Source of the DNA: an uncultured Bacteroidales bacterium
GTDB taxonomy: Bacteria; Bacteroidota; Bacteroidia; Bacteroidales; JAIOZK01
Direction of reading: 5' to 3'
Length of the DNA stretch: 64,000 bases
Assembly (NCBI GenBank): GCA_964550205.1
Contig: CAZJYD010000005.1
Coordinates: 27,639-91,638, forward strand
Shown here: positions 45,909-55,857 of the stretch, one piece after another
How the letters are laid out: each line of letters starts with the position of its first letter
Position numbering within the stretch: the first letter of the stretch is position 1
Made by a program: the position numbers and the translations under genes
Notes under the pieces: generated by a model
The model's input: only the letters and a program-made list of their open reading frames with translations
Told to the model about the DNA's origin: nothing
Databases searched by the model: none

Positions 45909-47087
45909 ATGATTGTTCTGAAAATTATAGAGTGGATACTTTTAGCTTACTTAGGTTTTGCAACAATATATATTTTTGTATTTGGTTTTGCAGGATTATT
46001 TAAGCTTAAGCAAAAACAAATTAAGGTTACAAAGCAAAGAAAATTTGCCATATTAATACCCGGATATAAAGAAGATGAAGTGATTATTGATGTTGCAAAC
46101 CAGGCTACAAGGCAAAATTATCCGAAAGAACTTTTTGATGTCATAATAATTGCAGATTCCTTTCAAAAGGAAACACTCAACGAACTTAGAAATTTACCCC
46201 TAAAAGTAATTGAAGTATCTTTTAAATCAAGCACCAAATCGAAAGCACTGAACAAAGCAATGGAACAATTGCCTGAAGATTATGATGTTGCTGTAGTTCT
46301 TGATGCCGATAATATTATGGAGGATGATTTTTTGACTAAAATGAATATGGCATTCGAAAATAACTATATAGCTGTTCAGGGACACCGTACTGCCAAAAAC
46401 ACAAATACTACTTTTGCAATACTTGATGCCGTAAGTGAAGAAATTAATAATAATATTTTTAGAAAAGGTCACAGGGTGTTGGGTCTTTCAGCAGCAATAA
46501 TTGGTTCAGGAATGGGAGTTAAATATAAATATTTTAAATCACTTATGAAATCAATTCAGGCTGTAGGGGGTTTTGATAAAGAAATTGAACTTAAAATACT
46601 TAAGCAAAAAAAGACAATACATTATCATAATGACGCATACGTGTTGGACGAAAAAGTGCAGAAAGCCGATGTTTTCACAAATCAAAGAAGAAGATGGTTA
46701 TCTGCACAACTACATTATTTTAGTAAGGATTTTCTTACAGCATTGAGACATCTGATTACCAAAGGAAATATAGATTATTTTGATAAAGCAATTCAATTTA
46801 TTCAACCTCCCAGAATTATGTTACTTGGTATATTAATAATAATTAATATTATTTCATTATTTTTTAATCCTGATGTATATATTTATGCATGGCTAACTGT
46901 ATTGGTTTTGTGTATTTTAGCTTTTATGTTTTCTATCCCGCTTAAGTTTTACAACCTAAAAACACTAAATGCCATAGGTACGTTGCCCCGTGGTTTCTTT
47001 CTAATGTTTCTCTCATTGCTTAAGATCAAGGGAGCCAATAAAAAATTCATTCATACTAAACATACTTCTTCTGTTAATAAACCATAA
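45909..47087 (+). CDS. membrane-integrated synthase-type GT2 glycosyltransferase (QxxRW class), paralog 2
   Basis: Collinear with the preceding ORF. Shared blocks include PGYKED.VII, IIADSF, TK.KALNKAME, VLDADNI, QGHRTAKN.NT.FA.LDA.SEEINN.IFR.GHR.LG and GSGM; it also has QRRRW. Confidence 0.8.
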   Translation: MIVLKIIEWILLAYLGFATIYIFVFGFAGLFKLKQKQIKVTKQRKFAILIPGYKEDEVIIDVANQATRQNYPKELFDVIIIADSFQKETLNELRNLPLKVIEVSFKSSTKSKALNKAMEQLPEDYDVAVVLDADNIMEDDFLTKMNMAFENNYIAVQGHRTAKNTNTTFAILDAVSEEINNNIFRKGHRVLGLSAAIIGSGMGVKYKYFKSLMKSIQAVGGFDKEIELKILKQKKTIHYHNDAYVLDEKVQKADVFTNQRRRWLSAQLHYFSKDFLTALRHLITKGNIDYFDKAIQFIQPPRIMLLGILIIINIISLFFNPDVYIYAWLTVLVLCILAFMFSIPLKFYNLKTLNAIGTLPRGFFLMFLSLLKIKGANKKFIHTKHTSSVNKP

Positions 47088-47098
47088 AATATTGAAAT

Positions 47099-48256
47099 AT
47101 GAAAATAGGAATTGAAGGTCAGCGGCTGTTTCGCGAAAACAAACATGGAATGGATTTCGTGGCACTTGAGCTTATAAGGAATTTACAAAAAATTGATAAA
47201 GAAAATGACTATGTTATTTTTGTTAATCCTGACAAAGACAAATGCCTTAGCAAGACTAATAATTTTAAAATTGTTGAATTAAGTGGTGGTCTGTATCCAA
47301 CATGGGAACAAATTGCACTTCCTAAAGCCGCCAGAGAAGAAAGCTGTGATATTTTGCATTGTACAAGCAATACCGCACCAGTAAATACAAAAATACCATT
47401 AATTGTTACTCTTCACGATATAATTTATCTTGAAAGTATTGCCATTCTGAAAAAAGCAGGTAGCTGGTATCAGAAATTCGGTAATATGTACCGACGTTTT
47501 GTTGTACCTCGGGTAATAAAAAAATGTAACCGCATAATTACAGTATCAAACTTTGAAAAAAACAGAATACGGAATTTCTTCGGCTGGCCTGAAAGCGATC
47601 CCAAACTTGTTGCCATTTATAATGGAGTTAGTGAACACTTTAAAAGAATTAATAATAAAGAAGAAATAAACAAGGTTAAAAAAAAGTATAATCTGCCTGA
47701 CAGGTTCTTTTTCCATTTAGGGAATACTGATCCAAAGAAAAACACCAAAGGTGTACTTCAGGCTTATTCCTGGTTTATAAAAAAAGCTGATAAAATAATA
47801 CCATTGGTAATGCTTGATTTTGATAAACAGGATCTTATGAGGCTCCTTTCAGAAATTGGAGATAAAGATCTTATAAAACATATTAAACTCACAGGATATG
47901 TACCAAATAAAGATTTACCATCCATTTACAGTCAATGCGATATATTTTTATATCCATCTCTGAGGGAGAGCTTTGGAATACCTATGCTTGAAGCTATGCG
48001 TTGCGGTGCTCCGGTCATAACATCAAATACTTCCTCTATGCCCGAAGTCGCCGGAAAGGCCGCTATAATAATAGATCCTTTTAAACCTGAACAGATCACT
48101 GATGCTATGTTTGATATAATTAATGATAGTGATCTTAGAAATGAGTTAGTGAAAAAAGGCTATCAGCATTCGAAAAAATTTTCATGGAGATCTATGGCTG
48201 AAAATGTTTTAAAACTATACGAAGAAGTTTATTTGTTCAATAAACAATCAAAATAA
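47099..48256 (+). CDS. glycosyltransferase family 4 (GT-B, retaining type)
   Basis: EX7E region RESFGIPMLEAMRCGAPVITS. Length is 385 aa. Confidence 0.85.
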   Translation: MKIGIEGQRLFRENKHGMDFVALELIRNLQKIDKENDYVIFVNPDKDKCLSKTNNFKIVELSGGLYPTWEQIALPKAAREESCDILHCTSNTAPVNTKIPLIVTLHDIIYLESIAILKKAGSWYQKFGNMYRRFVVPRVIKKCNRIITVSNFEKNRIRNFFGWPESDPKLVAIYNGVSEHFKRINNKEEINKVKKKYNLPDRFFFHLGNTDPKKNTKGVLQAYSWFIKKADKIIPLVMLDFDKQDLMRLLSEIGDKDLIKHIKLTGYVPNKDLPSIYSQCDIFLYPSLRESFGIPMLEAMRCGAPVITSNTSSMPEVAGKAAIIIDPFKPEQITDAMFDIINDSDLRNELVKKGYQHSKKFSWRSMAENVLKLYEEVYLFNKQSK

Positions 48257-48262
48257 AACCTT

Positions 48263-49471
48263 ATGGTAAAAAATAGGGACATCATAGTATTTGGCCTTCA
48301 ACCCTGGGATTTGAATATTGCCAGTACATGTAAATATACTGCAATAGAAATGTCGAAAAATAACAGGGTATTGTTTGTTAACCCGCCCCTACAAAGAAGT
48401 CTGGTATTCAGAAAAAGAAATATACCGGAAGTACGAAAACGGTTAAGCATCATAAAAGGTTACGAACCCGATCTTTATCATGAAAAAGACAATCTATGGG
48501 TATTATATCCCAGAACAATTGTTGAATCAATTAATTGGATCAAATCAAAAAAATTATTCGATTGTTTTAATAAGATAAACAATAAACGTTTTGCAAAAAA
48601 AATAAAGGAAGCTGCTGATAAACTGAATTTTAAAAACTATATCCTTTTCGATGATAACTCAATGATAATTGGATTTTATCTTAAAGAATATTTAAGCCCG
48701 GATATATTTGTTTATCTTCTAAGAGATGCTGTTACATTTGTCTCATACCATAAGAGACATGGTTCTCGTTTGCAACCTTTAATTATCAAAAAAGCTGATT
48801 TTGCCGTAACTAATTCCGATTTTTTTGCCCAATACGCAAAAAAAACTAATCCCAGATCTTACATGATTGGTCAGGGTTGTGATTTATCTATGTATAATGA
48901 TGAAGAAGGAAAACTGCAAATCCCCGGTGATCTTAAACCAATAAAAAAACCAATTATCGGATATGTAGGTGCATTAACAAGTATTCGCCTTGATATTAAT
49001 ATTCTTATCCACATTGCAAAACGAAAACCAGAATGGAGTGTTGTACTGGTAGGTCCCGAAGATGAAAAGTTTAAAAACAGTATCCTGCATAAACTTGATA
49101 ATGTATATTTTTTAGGAAGAAAAGATCCAAAAGAACTTGCTGCTTATATTAAAGGATTTGATGTAGCCTTGAATCCTCAGGCAGTGAATGAAATTACAGA
49201 TATAAACTATCCGCTTAAAATAGATGAATATCTGGCTATGGGTAAACCAACCGTAGCTACCAAGACAACTTTTATGAAGTATTTCAAAGATTATACATAC
49301 CAACCAACAAATAAAGAAGAATATGTTGAAGCTATCGAAAAAGCTTTAAAAGAAAATAATTCCCAAATGGAGAAAAAAAGAATTGTATATGCTAAATCAC
49401 ATTCATGGGAGAATTTTGTAAGTAAAATCTATAATCATATTGAGGAAACTGAAAAGATAAAAAAGGCATAA
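48263..49471 (+). CDS. GT-B-fold glycosyltransferase (TuaH-like), paralog 1
   Basis: The C-terminal half has GYVGAL...LVGPED...YFLG...KIDEYLAMGKPTVATKT, typical of GT1/GT4-like C domains. Confidence 0.6.
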   Translation: MVKNRDIIVFGLQPWDLNIASTCKYTAIEMSKNNRVLFVNPPLQRSLVFRKRNIPEVRKRLSIIKGYEPDLYHEKDNLWVLYPRTIVESINWIKSKKLFDCFNKINNKRFAKKIKEAADKLNFKNYILFDDNSMIIGFYLKEYLSPDIFVYLLRDAVTFVSYHKRHGSRLQPLIIKKADFAVTNSDFFAQYAKKTNPRSYMIGQGCDLSMYNDEEGKLQIPGDLKPIKKPIIGYVGALTSIRLDINILIHIAKRKPEWSVVLVGPEDEKFKNSILHKLDNVYFLGRKDPKELAAYIKGFDVALNPQAVNEITDINYPLKIDEYLAMGKPTVATKTTFMKYFKDYTYQPTNKEEYVEAIEKALKENNSQMEKKRIVYAKSHSWENFVSKIYNHIEETEKIKKA

Positions 49472-49479
49472 TTAATATA

Positions 49480-50691
49480 ATGATAAGTAAACGTGATATA
49501 ATTGTAGTAGGTCTTCAAAGTCTTGATAGTGATATCGGAAGTAACTGCGTAAATATTGCAAATGAGTTTGCTAAGAAAAACCGTGTTTTATATGTTAATT
49601 ATGCCCTTGACAGAAAAACTGCTTTAAAAAATACAAATAATCAAAAGATAATAAAAAGAAAAAAAGTAATTAAGGGCCTGGAATCTGACCTGGTAAAAGT
49701 TTCGAATAACCTTTGGAATCTTTTTCCGAAAACAATACTTGAATCCATCAACCAGATCAACTCTAATTTCATTTTTGATAAACTAAATAAAATAAACAAC
49801 AAACGTTTTGCAAACAGCATAAAAACAGCAATTGACAGTCTCGAGTTTAAAAATTACATAATCTTCAACGACAGTGATTTCTACAGAAGTTTTTATCTTA
49901 AGGAATTATTAAATCCTGCCTTGCTTATATATTATACGAGAGACAACATGGTGGCTACCAGCTACTTTAAAAAACATGGCAGAAAATACGAAACCAAATT
50001 GATGCAAAAATCTGATCTGATAACTGCCAATTCCATGTATCTGCAAAAACAAGCTAAAAAATTCAATGATAATGCTTTCTATGTAGGCCAAGGTTGTGAT
50101 CTAAGTCTTTTTGATAAATCTCAAGTTAAAAACATTCCGGATGACATAAAAAAAATAAAAAGTCCACGGGTAGGATACCTTGGAGCTTTGAAAAGCTCAA
50201 GGCTTGATATAGAATTATTGAAACAAATAGCTATTAAAAAACCTGATTTTCAAATTATTCTGGTTGGGCCGGAAGATGATAAATTCATAAGAAGTGATTT
50301 GCATAAAATTGAAAACGTACATTTCCTTGGTTCCAAAAAAATAAGCGAGCTTCCCTCCTACCTGACAGCCTTTGATGTATCTATCAATCCACAGGCAATT
50401 AATGAATTAACCATTGGTAATTATCCAAGGAAGATAGATGAGTACCTTGCTATGGGAAAACCGGTTGTTGCAACCAAAACATCTACTATGTCAGTTTTTT
50501 CCGAATATGTTTATCTTTCAAGAAACGCAGAAGAATATATCCGTAATATCCAAAAAGCAATTACTGATAATTCAGTTGATAAAGAGAAAAAACGAATTGA
50601 ATTTGCCAGGACACACACCTGGGAAAATAGTGTTAACGAAATATATAAAGCTATATCATATACTATGTATCATCAATCATCGGTTAAATGA
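49480..50691 (+). CDS. GT-B-fold glycosyltransferase (TuaH-like), paralog 2
   Basis: Alignable end to end with the preceding ORF. Shared blocks include NKINNKRFA, GQGCDLS, LVGPED, NYP.KIDEYLAMGKP.VATKT and KKRI. Confidence 0.6.
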   Translation: MISKRDIIVVGLQSLDSDIGSNCVNIANEFAKKNRVLYVNYALDRKTALKNTNNQKIIKRKKVIKGLESDLVKVSNNLWNLFPKTILESINQINSNFIFDKLNKINNKRFANSIKTAIDSLEFKNYIIFNDSDFYRSFYLKELLNPALLIYYTRDNMVATSYFKKHGRKYETKLMQKSDLITANSMYLQKQAKKFNDNAFYVGQGCDLSLFDKSQVKNIPDDIKKIKSPRVGYLGALKSSRLDIELLKQIAIKKPDFQIILVGPEDDKFIRSDLHKIENVHFLGSKKISELPSYLTAFDVSINPQAINELTIGNYPRKIDEYLAMGKPVVATKTSTMSVFSEYVYLSRNAEEYIRNIQKAITDNSVDKEKKRIEFARTHTWENSVNEIYKAISYTMYHQSSVK

Positions 50692-51302
50692 CACTGAAAG
50701 AAAAAATAAAAGGAAGCGCAAAACTGAAAAGTTTGGTTATTAGGATACTAACTCCAAAACATCAGGCACGACCGAGATTTTGGGTTAAGTTATTTATAAA
50801 TCCATTTGTTCATAAAAAGAAGAAAGGTTCAAAAATAAGATGCAGAACGCGAATTGACGTTGTACCCTGGAACAAATTTGAACTTGGTAAGTTTTCAACT
50901 ATTGAAGATTTTGCTACCATCAACAATGGCGTTGGAGATGTTATTATCGGAGATAGAACAAGAATAGGCCTGTGCAACACTTTAATCGGTCCGGTTAAAA
51001 TTGGTAGCGATGTTATACTTGCACAAAATATAGTGGTATCGGGCCTGAACCATAGTTATGAAGATGTAGACAAATCAATCCATGATCAGAAGGTTAAAAC
51101 AGCTCAAATAACAATTGATGATGAGGCATGGATAGGTGCTAATTCTGTTGTGGTGCCAGGAGTTTCAATAGGCAAGCATGCTGTAGTAGCCGCCGGTAGT
51201 GTAGTTACAAAAGAAGTACCTCCATATTCTATAGTTGCCGGTAATCCTGCTAAATTAATAAAGAAGTATAACTTTGAAACAAATACATGGGAAAGAGTGT
51301 AG
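50688..51302 (+). CDS. hexapeptide-repeat O-acyltransferase (left-handed beta-helix)
   Basis: IGDRTRIGLCNTLIGPVKIGSDV and WIGANSVVVPGVSIGKHAVVAAGSVVTKEVPPYSIVAGNPAK. There is an ATGA overlap with the upstream gene. Confidence 0.8.
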   Translation: MTLKEKIKGSAKLKSLVIRILTPKHQARPRFWVKLFINPFVHKKKKGSKIRCRTRIDVVPWNKFELGKFSTIEDFATINNGVGDVIIGDRTRIGLCNTLIGPVKIGSDVILAQNIVVSGLNHSYEDVDKSIHDQKVKTAQITIDDEAWIGANSVVVPGVSIGKHAVVAAGSVVTKEVPPYSIVAGNPAKLIKKYNFETNTWERV

Positions 51303-51328
51303 AAGTATTAACGTAACAAATATCTCTA

Positions 51329-52111
51329 ATGAAAAAGATCATTACTTTTTATCGATACTTATGTGATTTTATTAAACATCGTGAATTCCTGTTTATCTTC
51401 ACCGCTATTAAATACATTCTTTTTAAAATACCTCCACATAAGACCAGGATCATTAGAACTAAACTGGGAAATATTCTTTCAAGAAAAGGAACAATTGATT
51501 TTCAATTTAGTAATTATGCTTATGAATGGAATGTTAAGAGTTATATTCTAAAAAGACTTAAGGATTATAATGTATTTTTTGATGTTGGTGCTAATATCGG
51601 AACATACAGTATTCTGTTAGCCAATAAAGGGTTAAAATGTTTTGCTTTTGAACCTATCAAGGATAATTTCCGCTCATTGCAAATTAATATTTTTCTAAAC
51701 AAGCACGAACAAAACATAAGAGCTTTTAATTGCGGACTTGGTAAAGATAAATATAAAGCAGATTTCATATATAATACGGTTAACACAGGAGCATCTCATA
51801 TTTATAATCCTCCTGAAAAAGATGGTATCCCTGAAACTGTTAATATTAAACCTCTCGATTCCATATACAAATCATTAAAACTGAAAAAGGATGATAAGAT
51901 ACTTATGAAGGTGGATGTTGAAGGCATGGAACCCAATGTTTTTGATGGTGCCAGGGAGTTTTTATCTTGTTTTCCATACATATTGATAATATTTGAGAGC
52001 AAGCATTCCGATCTTCATCGGGTAAAAGAAATACTTGAGGAAATCGATGATTTCGAATATACAAAAGTTGACCATTATAATATGGCAACGAAAAAATTAA
52101 ATGATAATTAA
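51329..52111 (+). CDS. FkbM-family methyltransferase
   Basis: The FFDVGANIGTYSILLA motif and ~260 aa size. Confidence 0.7.
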   Translation: MKKIITFYRYLCDFIKHREFLFIFTAIKYILFKIPPHKTRIIRTKLGNILSRKGTIDFQFSNYAYEWNVKSYILKRLKDYNVFFDVGANIGTYSILLANKGLKCFAFEPIKDNFRSLQINIFLNKHEQNIRAFNCGLGKDKYKADFIYNTVNTGASHIYNPPEKDGIPETVNIKPLDSIYKSLKLKKDDKILMKVDVEGMEPNVFDGAREFLSCFPYILIIFESKHSDLHRVKEILEEIDDFEYTKVDHYNMATKKLNDN

Positions 52112-52123
52112 TAAATAGAAATA

Positions 52124-53323
52124 ATGCTAACACTGAAAATACTTTTCTGGATATTTTTATTCATCATTTTTTATGCTTACATGGGTTATGGGATTCTTTT
52201 ATATTTAATGGTTAAAATCAAGAGATCCTTTGGATTGGAAAAGAAAATACAGAATAAAGAAGATTACGAACCGGAAGTAACATTATTCGTAGCTGCATAC
52301 AACGAAAAAGAATACGTAGATCAAAAAGTGCAGAACTCTCTTGAGCTGGATTACCCCAATGAAAAAATAAAACAGGTCTGGATAACTGATGGTTCTGATG
52401 ACGGCACTCCTGAACTCCTAAAGAAATATAAGGATAAAGGAGTTGAAGTATATCATAAACCTGAACGTGGTGGCAAAATTGGTGCAATAAACAGAGGTAT
52501 GCAATTTGTAAAAACACCGATTGTGATCTTTTCAGACGGTAATACAATGCTAGGAAAAAAATCCATAAAAAAAATTGTTGATCTATTTAAAAATGAAAAG
52601 GTCGGTTGCGTCTCAGGTGAGAAAAGAATTTATGATAAAGAAAAAGACACTGCTGCAGGTACAGAAGGAATTTACTGGAAATACGAATCAACACTCAAAA
52701 AATGGGATGCAGAATTATATTCTGTAGTTGGAGCTGCCGGCGAATTGTTTGCCATAAGGACTGAACTGTTCGAAGAAGTTGAAAAGGATACTTTACTCGA
52801 TGATTTTATTATTTCACTTCGAATAGCAATGAAAGGCTATACAATACAGTATGATCCTGAAGCATATGCTGTTGAGACATCTTCAGAAACGGTAAGCGAA
52901 GAATTAAAAAGAAAAATAAGAATTTCTGCAGGAGGACTCCAATCAATATACCGGCTTAGAAAACTACTCAATATATTCAAATATGGTGTATTATCTTTTC
53001 AGTATATATCACACAGAGTATTAAGGTGGACATTGGCACCACTTTCCTTGCCTGTAATATTGATTATTAATTTAGTAATTTCTTTAAAAATTGGTATTTT
53101 TAATTTCACAAGTATATATACCTGGCTTTTCTGGTTACAGGTTCTATTTTACATAACTGCCCTAATGGGATGGTATCTTGAAAATAGAGAAATTAAGATA
53201 AAAGTATTATTTGTCCCTTACTACTTTTTCATAATGAATTTATCTGTTTATCTTGGTATTAGAAGACTAATAAAGGGTAAACAAACAGTTCAGTGGGAAA
53301 GAGCTAAAAGGCGAAAACAATAA
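52124..53323 (+). CDS. membrane-integrated GT2 glycosyltransferase (COG1215-like, synthase architecture)
   Basis: N-terminal TM, then LFVAAYNE, ITDGSDDGT, FSDGNT, GAAGELFAIR and DDFIISL, followed by C-terminal TM helices. Confidence 0.8.
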   Translation: MLTLKILFWIFLFIIFYAYMGYGILLYLMVKIKRSFGLEKKIQNKEDYEPEVTLFVAAYNEKEYVDQKVQNSLELDYPNEKIKQVWITDGSDDGTPELLKKYKDKGVEVYHKPERGGKIGAINRGMQFVKTPIVIFSDGNTMLGKKSIKKIVDLFKNEKVGCVSGEKRIYDKEKDTAAGTEGIYWKYESTLKKWDAELYSVVGAAGELFAIRTELFEEVEKDTLLDDFIISLRIAMKGYTIQYDPEAYAVETSSETVSEELKRKIRISAGGLQSIYRLRKLLNIFKYGVLSFQYISHRVLRWTLAPLSLPVILIINLVISLKIGIFNFTSIYTWLFWLQVLFYITALMGWYLENREIKIKVLFVPYYFFIMNLSVYLGIRRLIKGKQTVQWERAKRRKQ

Positions 53324-53328
53324 ATATA

Positions 53329-55023
53329 ATGAATAACCTGATCAGTAAAATAATTACTGTAAGCTTGATATGCAATGTTTTTACATTTTCCAATGCACAA
53401 AACATATTTTGCGATCATGAAATATCTAATGATCAGCAACTTTTTGATGGTATATCAAACAATGTATTACCGGGAGATACAATATGTGTGTTGGCAGGAA
53501 ATAGAAATTATTTAGAACTCAGAAATATTCAGGGATCGGAGGGCTCCCCTGTCACCGTTATTAATAAAGGTGGAGTTGTATTAATTAATTCTGATTGGTC
53601 ATACGGAATTAAGCTTAATGATTGTTCTCATACAAAGTTTACTGGCTGTGGATTTGATCAAATTCCTTATGGTTTTATTATTCAGGAAGTTACTATCGGT
53701 TCAGGTATTTCGGTTGATAATAAAAGTACTGACATTGAAATAGAAAAAACCGAAATAGGAAATGTAGCAATTGGTGGGATTTATGCAAAGACAGAGCCTG
53801 ATTATACCGGAGATTGCACATTTCCCGCTGTACGGGATAGTTTTACTATGTATAATACAGTTATTCATGATTGCTATCTGCATGATATCGGAAATGAAGG
53901 AATGTACATCGGCAGCTCAAAATATATGGGACAATCAATATACCATTGTAACGATACGGTTGTATTACCTCATGTTCTTGTTGGCGTAAAAGTATATGAT
54001 AATATTCTTGAAAATACAGCATGGGACGCTATTCAGGTTAGTTCGGCTGTATCTGACTGTGAAATACATGATAATATTATAATTAATGACAGTTATGCAG
54101 AATACCCTCATCAAATGAGTGGTATTCTTATAGGCGGTGGCTCAGAGTGTGATTGTTACAATAATAAGATTATCAATGGAAAAGGCGACGGTATTGATTT
54201 ACTGGGACTGGGTGGTAATAAAATATACAATAATCTTATAGTAAATCCAGGAAAAGATTATCATCCCAATGATCCGCCTATGGATTATCAAAAACATGGT
54301 ATATGGGTTGGTGATATCTTTACCGAACCTTCAAAGAACTTTTATTTTTTTAATAATACGATAATAAGCCCCAGAACATCTGGTATTAAACTCTCAAATG
54401 CAAGTATTACGAATAATTATGTTCAGAATAATATTATAATGGATCCTGGAGCATACCAGGAAATTGGTGAAGATGCATACATATGCATCGGTCATCCTTC
54501 TGTACATTTGATAGTAGATCACAATTACCTGAATACCGATACAAGTCTTGCTCAATTTGTTGATCCATTGAATCTTATTTATGATCTGAAAGCAAAATCG
54601 CCTGCAGTAAATACCGGGATTGACTTATCCGGATCAGGTATTACATTTGATCTGGAAAATCGTATTCGGCCTTTTGATAAGAAGTTTGATATAGGAGCAT
54701 ATGAATGTCAGGACTCTTCATTGCTTTCCATACCTATCAATCAAACAAATACAAATGATATTATTATCAAGTGTTTTCCAAATCCATTTAATAAGTATTT
54801 AAATATCAACTATATATTAAAGGAGGATTATTATGTTGTAGTTTCATTATTAAATACTTTCGGAAAAGAAATTGTAACTTTACTGGATAATAATGAATTA
54901 CAGGGTAAGCATAGACACAGATTTATTCTTGATAAACTTCAAACTGGTGTATACATATTAAAGGTACAAACCAGTGATTTCAATATCACTAAGAAAGTAG
55001 TTAAATTCAACACTAATAAATAA
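53329..55023 (+). CDS. secreted right-handed parallel beta-helix protein with T9SS C-terminal sorting domain (candidate polysaccharide-modifying or -degrading enzyme)
   Basis: Signal peptide and recurrent PbH1-like turns (HDNIIINDS, YNNKIINGKGDGI, IYNNLIVNPG, FFNNTIISP, VQNNIIMDPG). CTD is CFPNPFNKYLNINY...GVYILKVQT. Confidence 0.7.
   Translation: MNNLISKIITVSLICNVFTFSNAQNIFCDHEISNDQQLFDGISNNVLPGDTICVLAGNRNYLELRNIQGSEGSPVTVINKGGVVLINSDWSYGIKLNDCSHTKFTGCGFDQIPYGFIIQEVTIGSGISVDNKSTDIEIEKTEIGNVAIGGIYAKTEPDYTGDCTFPAVRDSFTMYNTVIHDCYLHDIGNEGMYIGSSKYMGQSIYHCNDTVVLPHVLVGVKVYDNILENTAWDAIQVSSAVSDCEIHDNIIINDSYAEYPHQMSGILIGGGSECDCYNNKIINGKGDGIDLLGLGGNKIYNNLIVNPGKDYHPNDPPMDYQKHGIWVGDIFTEPSKNFYFFNNTIISPRTSGIKLSNASITNNYVQNNIIMDPGAYQEIGEDAYICIGHPSVHLIVDHNYLNTDTSLAQFVDPLNLIYDLKAKSPAVNTGIDLSGSGITFDLENRIRPFDKKFDIGAYECQDSSLLSIPINQTNTNDIIIKCFPNPFNKYLNINYILKEDYYVVVSLLNTFGKEIVTLLDNNELQGKHRHRFILDKLQTGVYILKVQTSDFNITKKVVKFNTNK
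54760..55020 (+). other. T9SS C-terminal sorting domain of the beta-helix protein
   Basis: FPNPF...L.I.Y...........L.N..GK.I......G.Y.LKV pattern. Confidence 0.7.
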
Positions 55024-55027
55024 ATAC

Positions 55028-55837
55028 ATGAAATCAGCAATTAAAAAATATATTCCGTTTACAGTTGGTCGGAAGCTCAGAGGACTTTGGCAGAAAACAC
55101 AATCAGTCTATTACAAGGGTAACAATTTATATTGTCCATTTTGTGGTAATAGCTTTCGCAAAATGCTTCCTGGAGGATCAAATTTACCTGTTATCGCTGA
55201 AAAGGAAATAATTGCTGCGGGAAGAAGAAATAATTGTGTTTGCCCGAGATGCTATTCAACAGACAGGGATCGTTTGATATATCTATATATAAAATATAAA
55301 ACAAACTTTTTAAAAAAACATATAAAACTATTACATGTTTCTCCTTCCGGAGCTGTAAGAGCATGGCTATCATCCCAGCCAAATATTGATTATAATACAG
55401 GAACTAAACACCATGAAGGCTTTTACTATTCCAAAAATATTCCGTATATCGATATTACCAAAATTGATTGTGAAGATCAGACATTCGATCTTATTCTTTG
55501 CAATCATGTACTTGAGCATATTAAAGAAGATAAAAAAGCCATATCAGAACTATACAGGATAATAAAACCAGAAGGACAAGCAATTCTGCAAGTACCTATA
55601 TCAAAGAAACTCAAAAACACATATGAGGATCCTGATATTACCAGTCCATCCGATAGAGAAAAATATTTCGGACAATTTGATCATGTAAGAATATATGGTC
55701 AGGATTATACAAGTCGATTAGAAATAGCTGGTTTTAAGGTAAATATATTAAATCCCTTAAAGAACAACTGGAACGTTGAAAACCTTGATAAATTTGCAAT
55801 CAATTACAATGAAGATCTATATATTGCTTTGAAATAA
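55028..55837 (+). CDS. class I SAM-dependent methyltransferase with an N-terminal Cys4 zinc-ribbon-like motif
   Basis: CPFCGN...CVCPRC, then FDLILCNHVLEHI and LYRIIKPEGQAIL. Confidence 0.7.
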   Translation: MKSAIKKYIPFTVGRKLRGLWQKTQSVYYKGNNLYCPFCGNSFRKMLPGGSNLPVIAEKEIIAAGRRNNCVCPRCYSTDRDRLIYLYIKYKTNFLKKHIKLLHVSPSGAVRAWLSSQPNIDYNTGTKHHEGFYYSKNIPYIDITKIDCEDQTFDLILCNHVLEHIKEDKKAISELYRIIKPEGQAILQVPISKKLKNTYEDPDITSPSDREKYFGQFDHVRIYGQDYTSRLEIAGFKVNILNPLKNNWNVENLDKFAINYNEDLYIALK

Positions 55838-55857
55838 AAATAAAATCATTATTAATA

